This document shows, in pieces, positions 40,456-54,922 of a DNA stretch of 64,000 nt. Position numbers and translations under genes: made by a program. The stretch spans positions 67,876-131,875 of the forward strand of contig RDEW01000082.1 of NCBI GenBank assembly GCA_011109175.1. The letters are read 5' to 3'. Each line of letters opens with the position of its first letter. The stretch's first letter is position 1. The notes beneath the pieces are model-generated. The model had not been told where the DNA came from. It was given only the letters and a program-made list of their open reading frames with translations, and searched no databases. The stretch is from Dicyema japonicum. Its lineage: Eukaryota > Animalia > Dicyemida.

Positions 40456-41743
40456 TATCACTGTGAAGCGAAATCTTATTTATTGTCGTGAATTTAAAAA
40501 AATGTGCCAAATTTCAGGAATTATCTTAGTTCGTTCACATTATAAAATTGACTGGTCTTTTGATTGACAGGACAGATCTCTTGACTTACATAATTGAAAT
40601 CATTGAGTCGATTGGGAAGTCCACCAGTTAAGCACCAGATAAATAAGCGTGAACGACGAGTGGCCTATATTTTACAAAATATGGTTTTATCTAAGATATA
40701 TAATGTTGCGAATTAGTTTCGCCCAAAGAATCAATTCCCATAAGAATTCCTTAAGAAATAAGTGTATTAATACAAAAAATCGACTTTATGGATGTAAAGA
40801 TTACGGGAAAATGAGTAACAGTATCTTTGATCATTGGATCTCGAGTAATCTGCATCTCTTCGATATTGTCAATAATTTAATTGTTTCTTTGAAACTGAGT
40901 GGATGTCTTGACTGGTTTGCGTCATAAAAAAAATTCCTAAAAGTAAATGTAACCTTATTCTTGCGAGTTCAACTACAAATATTCTAAAAGTAGCCACAAC
41001 CTAGTTAATGGTCAAGAAGATGTCAGAGGTTATGATGTAATTCTTGTAAAAAATGTATGATGATTACGACAATCAATTGCAATAAATTGTTTTTATTAAA
41101 GAAAGAAAAAAGAGTTATCGGTTATATAGCGTCTGCCCCAATAAGTTCTTCTATTAATTGGCGCGTTTTGTTGTGGACGGTCGTTGTTGTGAAAAAAGCT
41201 CCTGAAAAGAATGTTCCCACTTCAAAGAAAAGGTACCAGCCAAGTCAACTGAGATGTGTTCGTCTTGTCGGCTTGTCAGATTTCAGAAGCGTGGGATCTC
41301 CTGCTCTGCTTGTGGAGATTTCTTCCACCTCGGATGTATTAAGCTATTCCAAGCTGCAGCGAGTGGGCTGGAGTATGGCACTGCCAGTCATGCCTTGGCC
41401 TATGCAGGGAGGTTCCTCCAATATTAACTTGCCAATATTAACTCTCCCGTAAATTGCCCATCAACCACGGACCATGAAACATTCCTACGTCTCATATCTG
41501 AATTACGTTCTTTACGGACTATCCATGTGAGGATTCCCAAGGCCGCTGCTGATGACCTTTCCAAAAACAATCGAAGATTCCTTCTGGACTAACGCAGTAC
41601 ATGATTGGATGGGCTTATTTAGTATAATGCATCTAATTATGTACTGGGACTTGATCGAGATGATCACGGAAAGGAGTCTCTCGCTACCACCATGAAGACC
41701 AACATTCGTTTTTTTTGGGAGATATTTACATCCCAGGGTAATC

Positions 41744-41834
41744 GGTAAATTCATCTCGAGGTAAATTTATCGCCGGTAAATTCATCGCCGGAAAATTCAT
41801 CGCTCGTAAATTCATCGCGAGGTAAATTCATCCC
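41744..41834. repeat. Six 15-16-bp tandem units (GGTAAATTCATCGCC), probably a MULE/foldback terminus
   Basis: Units start at 41744, 41760, 41775, 41790, 41805 and 41821, next to MULE remnants. Confidence 0.75.
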
Positions 41835-41869
41835 TGTTAAATCAAGGAACCACGTGGGCGGGTTTCTAG

Positions 41870-42760
41870 ATAGAAGAGGTCGAAATTTTGATTTTTTATA
41901 TTATAGTTAAAATGCGATTTTGGAGATTATTCGACGATAGGAGTCACGTGTCCGTGACGGTAGGACCTATGAAAATTGATGAGAGAGGACCTATTTGTTA
42001 CCTCTCTTCAGAAGTTGACGTAAGCCTGCAATGTATTATTGGGGGATTAATTTGGTTGTCACAAGCACACGTTCTCTCTTGCGTTCCCTCCTTGTATTAA
42101 TTACCTATGACTGATTTCGAAAAAGCAGCTATAAATGTATTTAATATTGTATTTCCTGATGCTATTACGAAGGGCTGTTTCTCTCATTTGTCCCAATCCA
42201 TATTTAGATGCATCCAATCACAGGGAATACAATTATGAGATTCAGAATTCGCTTTGAAAATGCGCATGCGGCGCTCGCATTTGTCCCAACATTTCATGTT
42301 CATTATTTTGAAAATTTGTGCGATTACAACAGTTTCCCAGAATAATCTCAACTTGTACTGGATTATGTAGAAGATATTTAGACCTTTGTTAAGTACGTCG
42401 TTGTCCAAGTTTTGCCCATGAATTGTGGAATTGTTTCGAAGCAGCGAGAGTTGTTGGGCCTAAAACAAATAACTCTTATGAAATGTGGCACCATTCTTTT
42501 AATTCTTTAATTGGAGCGTGTCATCCTACTATTTGGAAGTTTATTGATGTTTTGAAGAAAGAAGAACCAAGAAATGAAATTAAAATTGAACAGTATATTG
42601 CTGGTGGGGAAGGTCCTACACAAAAGTAAAAATACAGAGATAATGCTTTAAGAATTCAACGCATTGTAAATGACTTCGATAATCGCGAAATTCTTGACTA
42701 TTTAAAAGGCATTGCCTATAATTTAGCATTTTTGAAATTAACACAATGTTTTTATTAATA
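41870..42760 (+). mobile_element. Mutator-like (MULE) transposase remnant
   Basis: MTDFEKAAINVFNIVFPDAITKGCF and PKTNNSYEMWHHSFNSLIGACHPTIWKFIDVLKKEE..LDYLKGIAYNL. Confidence 0.85.
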
Positions 42761-42999
42761 ATTGTCATAAACTTGTTTTCTAAAAATTATATTATCAATA
42801 ATATTCATTTAAAGTTTGTTGTTAAAATTTAACATTATTTGGAGAATTGAAGTTTTCAATTTTTTTCTACCATGGGGATCTGGCCACGTGACTCATATCG
42901 TCAAATTAATCTCTAAATCACATTTTAATGAGTAAGACTCGGAAAACTTGGAATTCGAGACCCTGAGGACCTTTCCGTCCCTTCATACCTATCATCGCT

Positions 43000-43430
43000 A
43001 GTGGGCTGTAACTCCCATGTCAAGAAGATTCTACACTCTCTACCTGAATTCTCTATTGACAAGGACCCCGGCCATGCTCGTGAGGCCTGGAGCCGAACTT
43101 ATCAGCTTTCCCTGCCTTCCTTGTTCTTTCAGCGGGGCTTGGACGATGCTATATGCTGGAATTCTTTCAAAGATTTGCTAGTGTCATCTAGCCGACATCG
43201 CCGTGCCTGTTTGTTGTCGGGGGCGTCTTCCGAGAACGGTGCCTACACCCTCTCTCCTGCAGGAAAAGTGCAGGCAGATTTCCCAGACACATGGCCTTGA
43301 ACGAAGTCGTTAGGTGAGCTTTGGACGCCACCGGACACTTCTCCATGCTCGAACCTGTCGGCCTTTGCAGGCGGGACGGAAAACGACCAGATGGGATGAC
43401 AATCTTCCCTCTTGTCTGGGACGTTACCGG
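43000..43430 (+). mobile_element. CRE-clade RLE fragment
   Basis: RRACLLSGASSENGA and [25 protein letters not shown]. Confidence 0.85.
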
Positions 43431-45599
43431 CGATGAATTTACCTAGAACCTAATCTGCTGGATATCTATCTTGTTCGACAACCAACGTTCCTTCTGACAT
43501 TCCTCGACTCCAATCCCATATATGCGTTGTTTTGTCATATTAAATCCTCCAGGATTGCGGTTATTTCTAATTTAAGGGACGTCTAATGTCCCCCATCGCC
43601 TTCTAACACTGGCTTCTGGTCCAAAAAATATATCTGTGAGAATTGTGCCTATAATCATTAAAATTAATTTTTATCGTTTTTTAGCTTCCATCCTCCTTTT
43701 TCTACAAGGCAGTCCGTTGAATAACGATCAAATTGTTACTGTATAAACCTGAGCTCTCTTGTTAGGCTTTGGAAAATGTTCACACAACGTCTCATCTTGG
43801 GGGAACTTATTTCTTCCTGCGATCTTCCTCCTCTTAAGATAGAAAATCACCAGTATAAACTCTCCTGTCACAACGTTCACGAAATTAAAGACACACGACA
43901 CGTTGGTCGTAGTTATTTTTCTCAACCCTCCATAATGACCACGTGATATGAATCTCCGTGACATCAATCCACCCTTCCAAGCCCATATTTGAACAAAAAA
44001 TCTACTTGGAGTGTTTTTCTTGTAGCAATGTAAAACACACAAAAAATATCTCTTCCACTTAATAGAATTAATCACAGAGTGAGTCTTCAGGCTATGACTG
44101 AATACCAGAGTCAAACCGATAAACAACTTTTCCGAGAACTAGAGCGACTGGGACAGCTCCAAATTCGTTATAATCATGAGTTTTGTCATTGTTACCACTT
44201 TCGACCCTTATGTGACCACGTAGAATCCAAAATATATAATCCACCAACCACCAATGTGATATTCTTTTTCTGAAGCAATAATTCGTCTGCACAGAGTTGA
44301 TGTGTCTACCAGAGATCTCAAGATTACAATGTCCCCACTAAGCTCACAAACAGAATATCTCCTCCGTAGAATATTGGCATCATTGCACTACCGGTAAGCT
44401 AGAATATGAACTAAATTATGCCAATTTTAAACTCCCCACATAATTCAAGAGTCTTGAATGATAAAACCGCTCTAAAAGTATTAATTCAGAGCTTAACATA
44501 GTCTCGAATTTATATTTATATTTTTATAACGAAATAGATTATTAAAATTAAGATTAATTTAAATGTATTTCAAAGTATAACTATAAAATGAATTTTTTCG
44601 CCAAGTCATCTACTCACTGCCTTTGGTTTTCTACAAACAAAAGGAAAATCATACCTAACTCGGTAACGAAGTTCGTATTCATAATACCATCCCGGAGACT
44701 GAACCTTTCATTCACGTCTGAAAACGATCCACGACTTAGTTTCCAAAAATCTGACAATCGTCCGCTCTACTTTGACCATCATGCCTCCTTGACGGCCAGA
44801 ATACGGCTACCTCTTGTCCTGGTCCGCATCCGAGTTCTGCGCAGCCTGACAGATCACTGGTAGCGTCCGCTCTTGGTTTTTACTTTTTTGTTAGCCACCG
44901 GTTTTCTGCAATTCGGTTTTCCACACTTTTGGCAGAAGAAACACAGGAAGATTATAACCCCGTGAACACAGGAAGAGGAAAAAGTTATTGTGTAAAGTAA
45001 GTGATCCCCGTATCAGTGCAGTGATGATAATATTATCCGATTATTTTATTTAATATTTTATTTATTTTATTCAGTGCAGCGATGATAATATTATCCGAAT
45101 ATTTTATTTATTGAATAGGAAAGTATAATGCAATTTTCATTTGTGGGTTGCAGCATCAATACATAAGTAGAATAATGCTGGTGAAAGGAAAGAACCTTGA
45201 GATACTTCATTGGCAACGGGTCTTTGCAAAATCCACTTTTCTGAATCTCCCCAGCAGAGCAATTACAGTGGATTGTTATAAACTTTTCTATGGTTTCTTC
45301 CACACTCTCGACGTCACTGTATAGTTTTTTACCGATTTTCTTATCCGCGGATGACAATAATTGTATTCCTAGCGAATTCATTGTACATTGTGGTCTTCTT
45401 TTCCTTTACTAGATCACTAATCTGTTAAGAAAACGTTTAAAATCGAATCAATGTTCGCAGGATAAATCTCTGTCTGTGATAAACAAGTAAATCAATGATC
45501 TCATCCACAAACACAAGACTAAAGAATGGGACGATACTTAAGTATCTGGAAGAGTTAAAGATTCAAATCAAAAGTGTCCGCCTGTTTCTATAGGATGCT

Positions 45600-46440
45600 A
45601 GGGCTCCGACGTGAAAAATCCCTTTCAGACTGGTCAAAACGGAAGTGTTTACTGCACTGAATACAGCTATTGCAAATTACGTCCAACCATTTATGGATCT
45701 TAACGAAATGACCGATATTATCCACGCAAAACAAAGGGAATATGAAGTTCTAACGTGGAAGTTACCAACATCGAGACTGGGAAAAACTCACAATTCCTGA
45801 ACCGAGGAGAGCATTCAGTATGGAAATAATTTATTTAAACTTGGATGACGTTAAGAAAATATTCATCGATCACGATTTTTTGTGTAATGTATTGGAATGT
45901 CCGTACCTTCCAAATTGGATAAGAAATTTCGTGAAAAGTCTGACTACCTGAATGGAGAGAATTTTAAACTTAAACATGGAGAGGATTGGGACAGTAGAAT
46001 TGAAGGGTGGAATACTCCAGGGAGACTTACTGTCTTCCCATTTTTTGCTTTAGTAATAGATTCGTCAGCAAAATCGTGAATAAGTTTCAAAAATTATTTA
46101 TTTGCCAGTGGAAGTATTCAGCAAACCATTGATTTGTATCGATGATATGAAGATGCTGCAAAGAAAGAAGATACAATGGTTAGAATGATGGAAGAGATAG
46201 ATTATTTCAAAGTCGGTAACCAATCTTGAATCCATGAATGAAGTGAAATGTATGGATGGGAATGAAAGCTATAGGTACCTCTGTGTTTTAGAGGACATAG
46301 GAAGTTATGTCATAAAGTCTTGAACACTATTGCTGAAAATGTGAGAAAGAAATACAAAGTTCAATGCTGTAAACCTGTTTAAAGCCATAAATGAATATGC
46401 ATTGTCTCTCTATCGAGGCGACTGGAAGAGCGGGCAACTC
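45600..46440 (+). mobile_element. R4/Dong-like RT remnant
   Basis: HDFLCNVLECPYLPNWIRNFVKSL, GILQGD, YRYLCVLED and NLFKAINEYAL. Confidence 0.7.
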
Positions 46441-46559
46441 ATTATATTGGCGAAGCGGCGAACCCACAGCCCAAAAGGAGTGAAAGTCAGGTGGATGGCT
46501 GTTGAAGATCTTGGTAAAAGAAGAAGGATGTGTTACTAATAAGCCAAAAATCATTAGGT

Positions 46560-46990
46560 AAACGCCATCAGGTGACCCTGGTTTCTCTCACCAATATTCT
46601 CATCTTTTTTCGGTGTTGTCTCGGGAACCGACACATTTTCGACAGCACCGTTCTTGTGGAGGTTTTCCATTTTGGCTGAATACACCGTCCGACCTCTACA
46701 CAAGGACCTCAAATGTGGTTGCCCTTATTGGTAGTCCTGTGATTCGAGAGATTGTATTGGTCATAGTGGATTGAGCGGAGTTGATTTTATCCATGTTTGT
46801 TCTGGCAAATTTTGTCCCCAAAGTTGCACATCCATAACTTATAGTTGGCTCGATAAATTGGGTGTACAACGTGAACAGTAACCGGTTTGAGGATTTTGAG
46901 ACGAGCACCATCACGAAGATAAGCTTTTGTGCCGAAGACTGATTACGTTTGGCACGTGTGTGCTGAAGGTCATGAGGGTGTCAAATGTTA
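46560..46990 (-). mobile_element. LINE post-RT fragment
   Basis: LYTQFIEPTISYGCA..RITGLP. Related to 21691-22194. Confidence 0.6.
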
Positions 46991-47199
46991 CTCTCAGAAT
47001 TTTAACTTGTTGCTTGTGTGGGAGAGTAGTTTCAATTTGTTCGTAGCTGTCGTAACATACATTGAGGAAATAAGGCATGGCAAACCTAAGTAAAATGTGA
47101 TTATCTTTCTACAAAAAATAATCTAAAAATTTTAAATGGGATTTATTGTGGAAAAGTCATGACAACATTAGGTAAAATGACATAATATTTTGTGGCATG

Positions 47200-47540
47200 A
47201 CCCTTGTTAAGAATCACTGCTTTTAAACGATTTTTATTTCATCAAGCTCCGGGTNAACTCTCAATGACTTGAGGTACAGGAACAAATGTTAGTGCTTGAA
47301 TACTTTTAATTAAGTTTGCATTTACTGGGTCATTATACCATGCCTGCAGTCCTAGATTTTGTATTTTTCGCCATAAACACTGTCCAAAGTGAAAGTAGCA
47401 TACACAGTTGCATGTGAAAAAATTCTGTTGATAGCATTGATCGCTGCTCGCTTATAATCTGTGGTAAATGATAGTGGATTCAACAGTGTTGAAAATATTT
47501 GTTCATACATTTGTTGAGATTTTCCTCGACCACTATCGTA
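47200..47540 (-). mobile_element. MULE transposase fragment
   Basis: FTTDYKRAAINAINRIFSHATV. There is an assembly N at about 47255. Confidence 0.65.
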
Positions 47541-49079
47541 TAGCACAAAATCATCTCAGTCACGACAGAAAACAATCCATTACTGGATATCCACTAAAGC
47601 CATCAGAAGTATTTGTATGACCAAGCTTTTGGAGCGCACTACACTTATTGTTGACGGAAGCGAAGTTCTCTACCGCAAAAAGTTCACGTCCACTTGGCGA
47701 TCCAACGTTGAGGTCATCACTTGAATTTACATTCATATCAGTACAGGATTGGACAATTGTCCTCTCCACTATGTCAATCGTGCTTTCTTGAAGCCAGTAG
47801 ACGGGTCACCGTTTCTCTTGTCCGGGTCCGCCTACTCGTTTTCTACAAGACCAAATATACCTGTTGGATCTCTGGGAGCGTTTTCTCTTGGCTGTAACGT
47901 TTTTTAGCCACCGGTTTTTTTCACTTGAAGAGACCGGGAGTAAATAAATAAAATTTGACCCAATCTGATGGTGAATGAGTTCAGAATAATAATTTTTGAA
48001 TTTTAGGAAAGCATGGAAGAATTTTGTTAGCAGTCTCTGGTGAATCGATAGAGGCTTCCAAGGACATATAGTTTGAAGCATTATCCCCGCCAGAAACGAG
48101 TTTGAACTTAATTGGGCAAGGAATAAGTGTATTAAGCAAAATGACTTGAAAACCTTGAAAAATATAAATTCGAGAGCTCAAACCAACAGAGATATGTGGA
48201 AGAGATTAACATTTCATATTGTTTCGTTTGTTACACGTGCGAGAACTTTCGTGAAAGTGCTTTAATAAGTGTTACATTAAATCCTACTATTGGGAGTTAT
48301 GCTAACTGTCAATCACGAAATAGACTTAGGAAGGATTCCTGTGTGCAGTGAGCTTGTTGATGAAGCCAATGTGCATGTTTATTCGAACATGCGGGTATGC
48401 CGGTTACAAATGTGCGCTATCGTTTATATAAAATCTCGATTAATGTACGTGTAACGAGAAGTGGGATTCGTAGCGGTTGATATTACTATATTTTTACTAA
48501 GCCCAATTTTTTATCTTATTTTTACTGTACTGATCTGAGTACTGAGAAGAAACATAACTGTTGTACAGTAAAATAAGTTTTTGACGCAGTTTGAAAAATA
48601 TATATTGGGAGACTGATAAACGAGTGTTATCTCCTGTACTTTGTCCCTTATTGCAAATTTCCAATCAGCTTTCTTCATTACAGAAGTCATTTTCCATACA
48701 TACGACACTCATTTTCATTTTTTGGATGATTTTGGAATATTTCACAGGAGCAGTGATTGCGGGTCAGTTAATTATCTCCCATTTTTTTAAAGTTAATGAA
48801 TGGCCACCAGGTTGGATTTTTTATAATCTACAAAAGATTTAAATCTCCCGTATTGTCGATCATGTGTATTATAATTTACTTCTACCAATCGGTAAGAGGG
48901 GGTACTAGTAATAGATTGCGTATCCCTCCGTTGTGATGTATGTCCCTGTGAACTTTCTTCATTTGAGTTTACTTTGGTTACAAGAATTAGTTTTCGGTGC
49001 CTTTGTGGGTCTCCTTTCTAGTTATATCAGCAATTGGCACGATCTACACGACTATAGTATCACCCATGTTGATTTTAGG

Positions 49080-49570
49080 GATTTTACGACATGCTAGTCC
49101 TTTTCTAAATTGTGAGCTGAAATGGGAAAGTTAAATAACGGGTCATCATTTGCTCACTCAGAGATTTAAAAAATTGAAAATACGATTAATTTGGTGACAA
49201 AAAACAGTAACTATATCAGAGGTACTGCCACACATATGAACGACCTTAATTTGGAATCGCAGGGCAAAAACAAGCTCAAATTTCAGTTGTCAGATGATAA
49301 CAAGTGTTTTATTTCGAAAATAAAATTATGGAGATTTCAGCTATTAAATGAAGATTTAGTTCATTTTCCTACTGTAAAGAGCCTTAGGAGTACTGTTGGT
49401 GCACATACTGTAATTAATTTTTCTAAATATGAAAGACAAATAAAATCGTTGTTAAAGGAATTTCAAGAAAAATTTCATGATTTCTCGTCTTTTGAACAAC
49501 AATGTTTACTATTCACAGCCCCATTCTCTTTTAATGTTTCCAATGCAGAGAAAGCTTACAACTGAACTTT
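49080..49570 (+). mobile_element. hAT (GTF2IRD2/EPM2AIP1-like) transposase fragment
   Basis: HMNDLNLESQGKNK..FISKIKLWRFQL..LVHFPTVK..FTAPFS. Confidence 0.8.
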
Positions 49571-50679
49571 TGGAAAATATGAATTAAATTATTCCAAAGA
49601 CTAAGATAAACCAAAATAACTAATCCCTTGATATAGTTACAAGGCACCACGTGACCATATATAATACTATGACTTTTCTGTCGCTTAATCGTGAATCAAA
49701 AATTATAAGTTATAATAAAGATGGGGGCATTTTAGATGTTGTATTCGATTTCAGTTAGCCAGGCGGTTAGTTGGTCGGCATTATTGAGGATGTGACTTAC
49801 TTCTTCCAAGAAAAATATCCTTAGCTTCATGATGGATGAAAGTGAAAGTCTTTTTTCTCTCGACTATTGACGAGGAAAAAAACTCAATTATCAATAAAAA
49901 CGGAGAGAATCAAATACCATTGAGTTTATCTCGGATGGGCGATATCTGTTGGTACCTTCAAAAGATCTCTACGTTAGTTAGTTAAGTAAAAGATCTCTTG
50001 GTCGATCTGGATTACAGAAGAATGTTAGCTATTTACGGTCCCTTAGCTTCTCTACGCACCTTTACTCAAACAAATCGTCTTCGGAAAACCTAGCTATTGA
50101 ACGATTGGGAGAAGAGGTTTTTAAAAAAAACAGAGCTTAAATTGTTGGATTCCCGGAAAATCTGTCAAATTTTCTCAACCCTTCAAATATATGCCACAAT
50201 AGGGAGAGAGAACAATTTCTTGTAATATCAGCCAAGTAAAAATGATATACAGTATTTGTCGTCGATACTACACAATGATGAAACAAGTGGCTACAATTGA
50301 GGATCTTTGGAGGATTATTTCTTCAACATGATAGTAAGCTGTGCCTCAAAATATAGGGAGTATGTAATGCATTCTAGAAACAAACTTACAATAAATACAC
50401 TAAACGCGGTTAAGAAAGTCTGAGTTGTTTATGATAATGTGATCAGTCAATACCTCTTACCTCCAGTCCTTTAAAATGAAGAAAATCGCTGCCTGGAGCG
50501 GCAATGTTGAGGCGGGAGTAGGTAAGAAAAAGTATGAGACGTGTTATGTTCGTCAAAGAAACAACTCGGATAGTTCAGTACTTCTCAAATTAAAAACATA
50601 TATTGTTTAGTATTTCTTGATTTATTTTAAATTTAAATTAAATTTGTGTTGTATAAAATGTTTAATAAATATTTTTGAA

Positions 50680-51306
50680 ATGATAACAGGATCGGCTTTT
50701 TGTGGTGTTTTAAAAAGACCAGTTGACAAATTTAAGATGTTCTCAAACTCCGAGCCAATCATTAGAGTAAGTCGTCTTGTTTAAAAATCCAAGGTTAAAT
50801 CCGAGAAGTTATGCTTCCACACTTCAGGACATGACTATCTCACGTTACTAGCATACATGAAGTACATGGATTAGTTTCTAAGGTCAGCCAATGCAGAAAT
50901 ATCCGAATTGTAATAACATTTAATTTCTTTGGCATCCTGTCCCTTCGAGGACATTTAACGTGAAAAACTACGAGTGAAGAACCCTGGGGTTAACGATGAC
51001 AGGTTTGCATTAGAACTCCGCGAAAATAAGGATCGAATTTCAAAAGCAATATCCAAAAACTCGTACATATTTAAAAGAAAACCAAAAGGAGATTTATTTT
51101 GCCAAAAATTCTCTAAAAGATTAAAATCATCTAAACAATTCAACATTTTTACTGAAAAGACATTAGAAGAATGCCAAAAAAGTATAGAGACTTCTCAACT
51201 TTTTTTTCTGAAGAGAAGAAAAGCTGATATCTTTTTGGTTAAAGCAGTTTTAATTCCACTCCACAAATTAGGGAATAGTTATATAAAAAAGCTATTCTTA
51301 AATTAA
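50680..51306 (+). CDS. Possible lineage-specific gene of unknown function
   Basis: ATG 50680 reads through two clean micro-introns (50767-50793, 27 nt; 50862-50882, 21 nt). I could not join it to the 110-aa ORF at 50974 with a canonical intron. Confidence 0.25.
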
Positions 51307-51849
51307 ATTATCATGTCCCTTCAATACAGCACTCGAAAAATAAACATAAACTGCGTGATCTTCATAATATTAAACTAATTATCACAAGATGGCGGAGTTT
51401 CTTAGAAACGGCATTTTATCATTCGAAAATCTCGTTGCACTGAGAGACAGTGAACAATTTTGTGACGATTGGATTATTGTTGCCAATGTGAAGCATTCAA
51501 TAATGAATGAAAATTTGTTTCTGAACTTTTTGAAATTTTGAAATATAAATGGCTAAAATCTAATTTGGAATAATTGCAAACGTACGGTATTCAATCGAAG
51601 AAAGTTATGAACAGTATTTTTTTTGGTAATTTCCATATAAATTATCCAAAAAATAATTACTTTGATTGGTTATTTTTGAGAAAAATTTAAAACCCAGATT
51701 AAGTATTTGTGATATTTTGTTTAAAGTTAAACGCGAAAAACACAAAATTTTTGAAAAATAATAAAATTGTCCTATTTTTTCTTATGTTTTATTATTTCCG
51801 CCCTAATCATTAGTGTACGAATGCGATCCAAAAACTTGGATTTAACAAG

Positions 51850-52145
51850 TTTCTTGGTCGTCCTCCACCGGGAATTGATGTCTGTCAATCTTCTTTTCCT
51901 TGTGATATTCAAGTAAACCCGGAGCGCCTCCGTTACGGTCACTACATGGATCTTAACGCTTACCAGAACAAGACTGGGCAGGCAAAATCGCCATTCTGCC
52001 CTTCATGTAAACTTGGTGACCACGTGACAGACCACCTTTTCTTGTACTCTGTTCCAGATCTGTGTCTCTGGGAACGTTCTTTATTTGTCGTTAAGTGTTT
52101 GTTACCCACCTTAACTTGAAAGAACCGGGGGTAAATAAATAATAA
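51850..52145 (+). mobile_element. LINE 3' end with CCHC motif and (TAAA)n tail
   Basis: GHYMDLNAYQ..CPSCKLGDHVTDHLF followed by taaataaataataaa. Confidence 0.6.
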
Positions 52146-53049
52146 ATTACAATCATGAGGGGTTACTCAATCCTATCTGAGTGACTGTAACAATTAATCC
52201 CTCATTAACATTTTGTTTATTAATTTAATTGATTCCACCTTATCTAGGTTACTTTGAGTTAATTAGCCTAGGATTCTTTCCATGGTTTAAAACAATGGAA
52301 TTTTGGTCCCCTTCCGCCATCTACAGAGGGCCAATATTTAACAAAAGATGTCAAAGGACATAACCCGCTGGTTACTAACTTTTACTGTTTATCTGATAAT
52401 GACTTTCATTTCGTCACAACAATGACTAAGAGACCAGTTATCCAAGTGATTGGATGAAGGGATAAGATGATGTACCTTTATTGTGCTGAATTGACAAAGC
52501 ATGTGAACTTTGTCTTCTACAAATCACGATGAGCGCGGAAACCCCAAGTTCTTAGCTATGAACGTCGGATGTGTTAAGAATCTAAATTAAATACAGTATG
52601 ACCCAAGTTTGAAAAAAATCCGGGGATCATTTTTATAAAGTTAAATGAGTTTTGAATCTTCTGTATTTTTGAGGTAGGCTATTGATGTACAAGGACCTCA
52701 GTCAGGTAGGCGTAATTCAACGTTATTAAGATAAACTGTTTGTGGATAATTGTTAGGCCCTTCTTGAACCTCCAAATGTCACTGGTTCTGCTAAACAGAA
52801 TCGGCTCGCTCGTCGCCAAGAAAAAAATGATAGGAGGGAAAGGAGCTGGATCATTGAGCGCATTTTCTTACAAATCTTCAGGGAAAATGCTTTCTCAATT
52901 ATGAGAGCAGTCAGCAGTGTAAACTGTTAGTTTTTGCGTTAAGTGAAATTGGTTTAATTAAAAAAATTCTTGTCTCAAAGCAAAAAATATTTTCAGTAAA
53001 TTTCCTCGACTTAACCATCTCCATAATCACTATCCATGATTGACAAAAA

Positions 53050-53883
53050 ATAAATTGCCTATGATTCAGAGATCTTCCACGGATAAAGTTAACACACTAA
53101 AGATTCATAACATCTTCTATTAATTTTTTTTGCAGTTTATTTTTATGATCAATGGATCCCACTCAGTTAAAACATTGCAGGTCTGTTGCCACTGAGACAA
53201 GTTTTGACAAATCCAGTCCAGTTCTTTAAATATTTCCTCACCCGTCACTCTGCCTTTCAATGGAAGCAGTTTTTTTACCCCACAAATAAATACAGCACAG
53301 AAAAGTGTCTTAATACATGTACTTTCATCAAGTGCAAAAGAAAAATTTTCAAAATCTTTAGTTGTAAGCTTGGAATAACGATTGTTTGATAATTCAGTGA
53401 TCCTGCTGGCAACAATATTTGGTGATAACAAGTCTCTCAAAAAATCTTTTTCTCGGGAAAAAATTTTCACTGATTTTAGCAGACATTCTTTAATAAAATT
53501 TCATAAGTAAATGGTTTCGGCGACTGTGCGATCATTTCACTTGCAGCATAGCTGTATCACATTCTCAGTCGAATTATTCATATTTCTGAAATAAATTCGG
53601 TGATTTAGAGGATTTTAGTTTCTGTGCTTTTTGGTATCACAATTGTCGTAATGTTTTATTATACTCTTTTTGTACTCCAAGTGTATCCATACAGATCATG
53701 TATTGAACTTTTAGTTTCAAATCTGTAAAAAATATAAATCCTCACATTTTTTTATAGAAAAGTTCGATTAACTCCAAATATTGTTTTTAGTGTTGCACAT
53801 GGGTTACATCACGGTTTTCGTGAAAATGCCTTAATAATAATTATTTTTTAGATTATTTTTGGGCCGCGTGTTTGAAACCCCTG
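53050..53883 (-). mobile_element. hAT (Charlie-type) 5' end with TIR
   Basis: Terminus CAGGGGTTTCAAACACGCGGCCC at 53883. Coding remnant FSFALDESTC..LLPLKGRVTGEEIFKEL. Confidence 0.85.
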
Positions 53884-54922
53884 ATATAAAGTCTATTAAG
53901 ACGTTCTTGAAACGAAGAGGGAAATCAAAAAAGTGTAATTGCAATATCATCAACAGACACAGAAACATGGGAACGGTAACTCTGTGGCCATGGTTTAACA
54001 TGACGAAGATTTTCTTAGGGAATGTATATGGTTTGCACTGATGTTACCCCCTTTCGTTGATTCTTCCACTAAATAAGAATCTCTTTTAGGTCGTATACAA
54101 GTTTAGGTTTTCTTTAATGTTAGAGTGTCTTGGATGATTTATTTGAGGAATAATTATATGTACTGAAGACTCTATTATTTTAGAGGTAGTTATTTTTTCA
54201 GATCTCATGTAAACCAAGTAAAACGAACGCCGGATAGTGACTCTAATCCACCTGTATAATGTAAAATCCGAGGTAAACATCAACAGTTCTCTCAATGTTT
54301 ACATTCGCTTCCAATATCTTTAAAAATATTGTTGTATACCATTGAAGCTATGATGCGAGGGAGACAAAAAAAACATAAGTTTATCTCCGCCATTTTGATA
54401 ATAATTCACCTTTATGGTGGTTAAACTTAAAATCCCATATTGTTTGATAGAATTTATATCGAACATAGTAATTAAACACTCCTAATTAAGTGATGGGGGA
54501 AGTAATATCAACGGTAGGGCTTGTCAACCGACTTGGCACAAACTGTCCAAGATGGCTCAAACTATCCAAAATTTTGGATATATCAAGGCAGACTGTGGTC
54601 AAACATCCAAATCCTTCACAATTGAAGTACTAGGACTATACAAACAGTTTCTACAAGAGTGACTTTTGCTAAAACCTCACTGGTGCTCTTTTATTGTATC
54701 ATTACGTTGTATGGGTAAAGAGATTCTGTTTAGCATTATTCTTTAGATTGTTGGTATAAGGCTTATGGGTCTGTAACAGTTGATAAGTATCCAGTTTTTC
54801 CAGAGTTAGGTATCATCCTGACCTCTGTCAATTTCCAAAGTATATGACCCAACCCGAGAGACATTTCTGACATTCATAGAGTTCCCCTGGTGCTTCCTTA
54901 AACAAACGCATACGGTCTTGTC

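Noticed and set aside
41057-41452. 131-aa plus-strand ORF
   Set aside because: No motifs. It lies beside a MULE-type terminal repeat and is probably an incidental or antisense frame.
41744-41834. Short regular repeats resembling a CRISPR or iteron array
   Set aside because: The units are contiguous with no unique spacers and lie beside MULE remnants, so a transposon terminus explains them.
44850-45400. Cys-rich snippets (CFFCQKCGKPNC; HCNCSAG..FCK) suggesting piggyBac or SWIM-domain transposon parts
   Set aside because: Too short and degenerate to assign by eye.
49829-50330. Possible host gene (STIDEEKNS..MGDICWYLQK, with a 20-nt GT-AG candidate)
   Set aside because: It needs an unsupported frameshift, has no recognisable domain, and I could not close a gene model.
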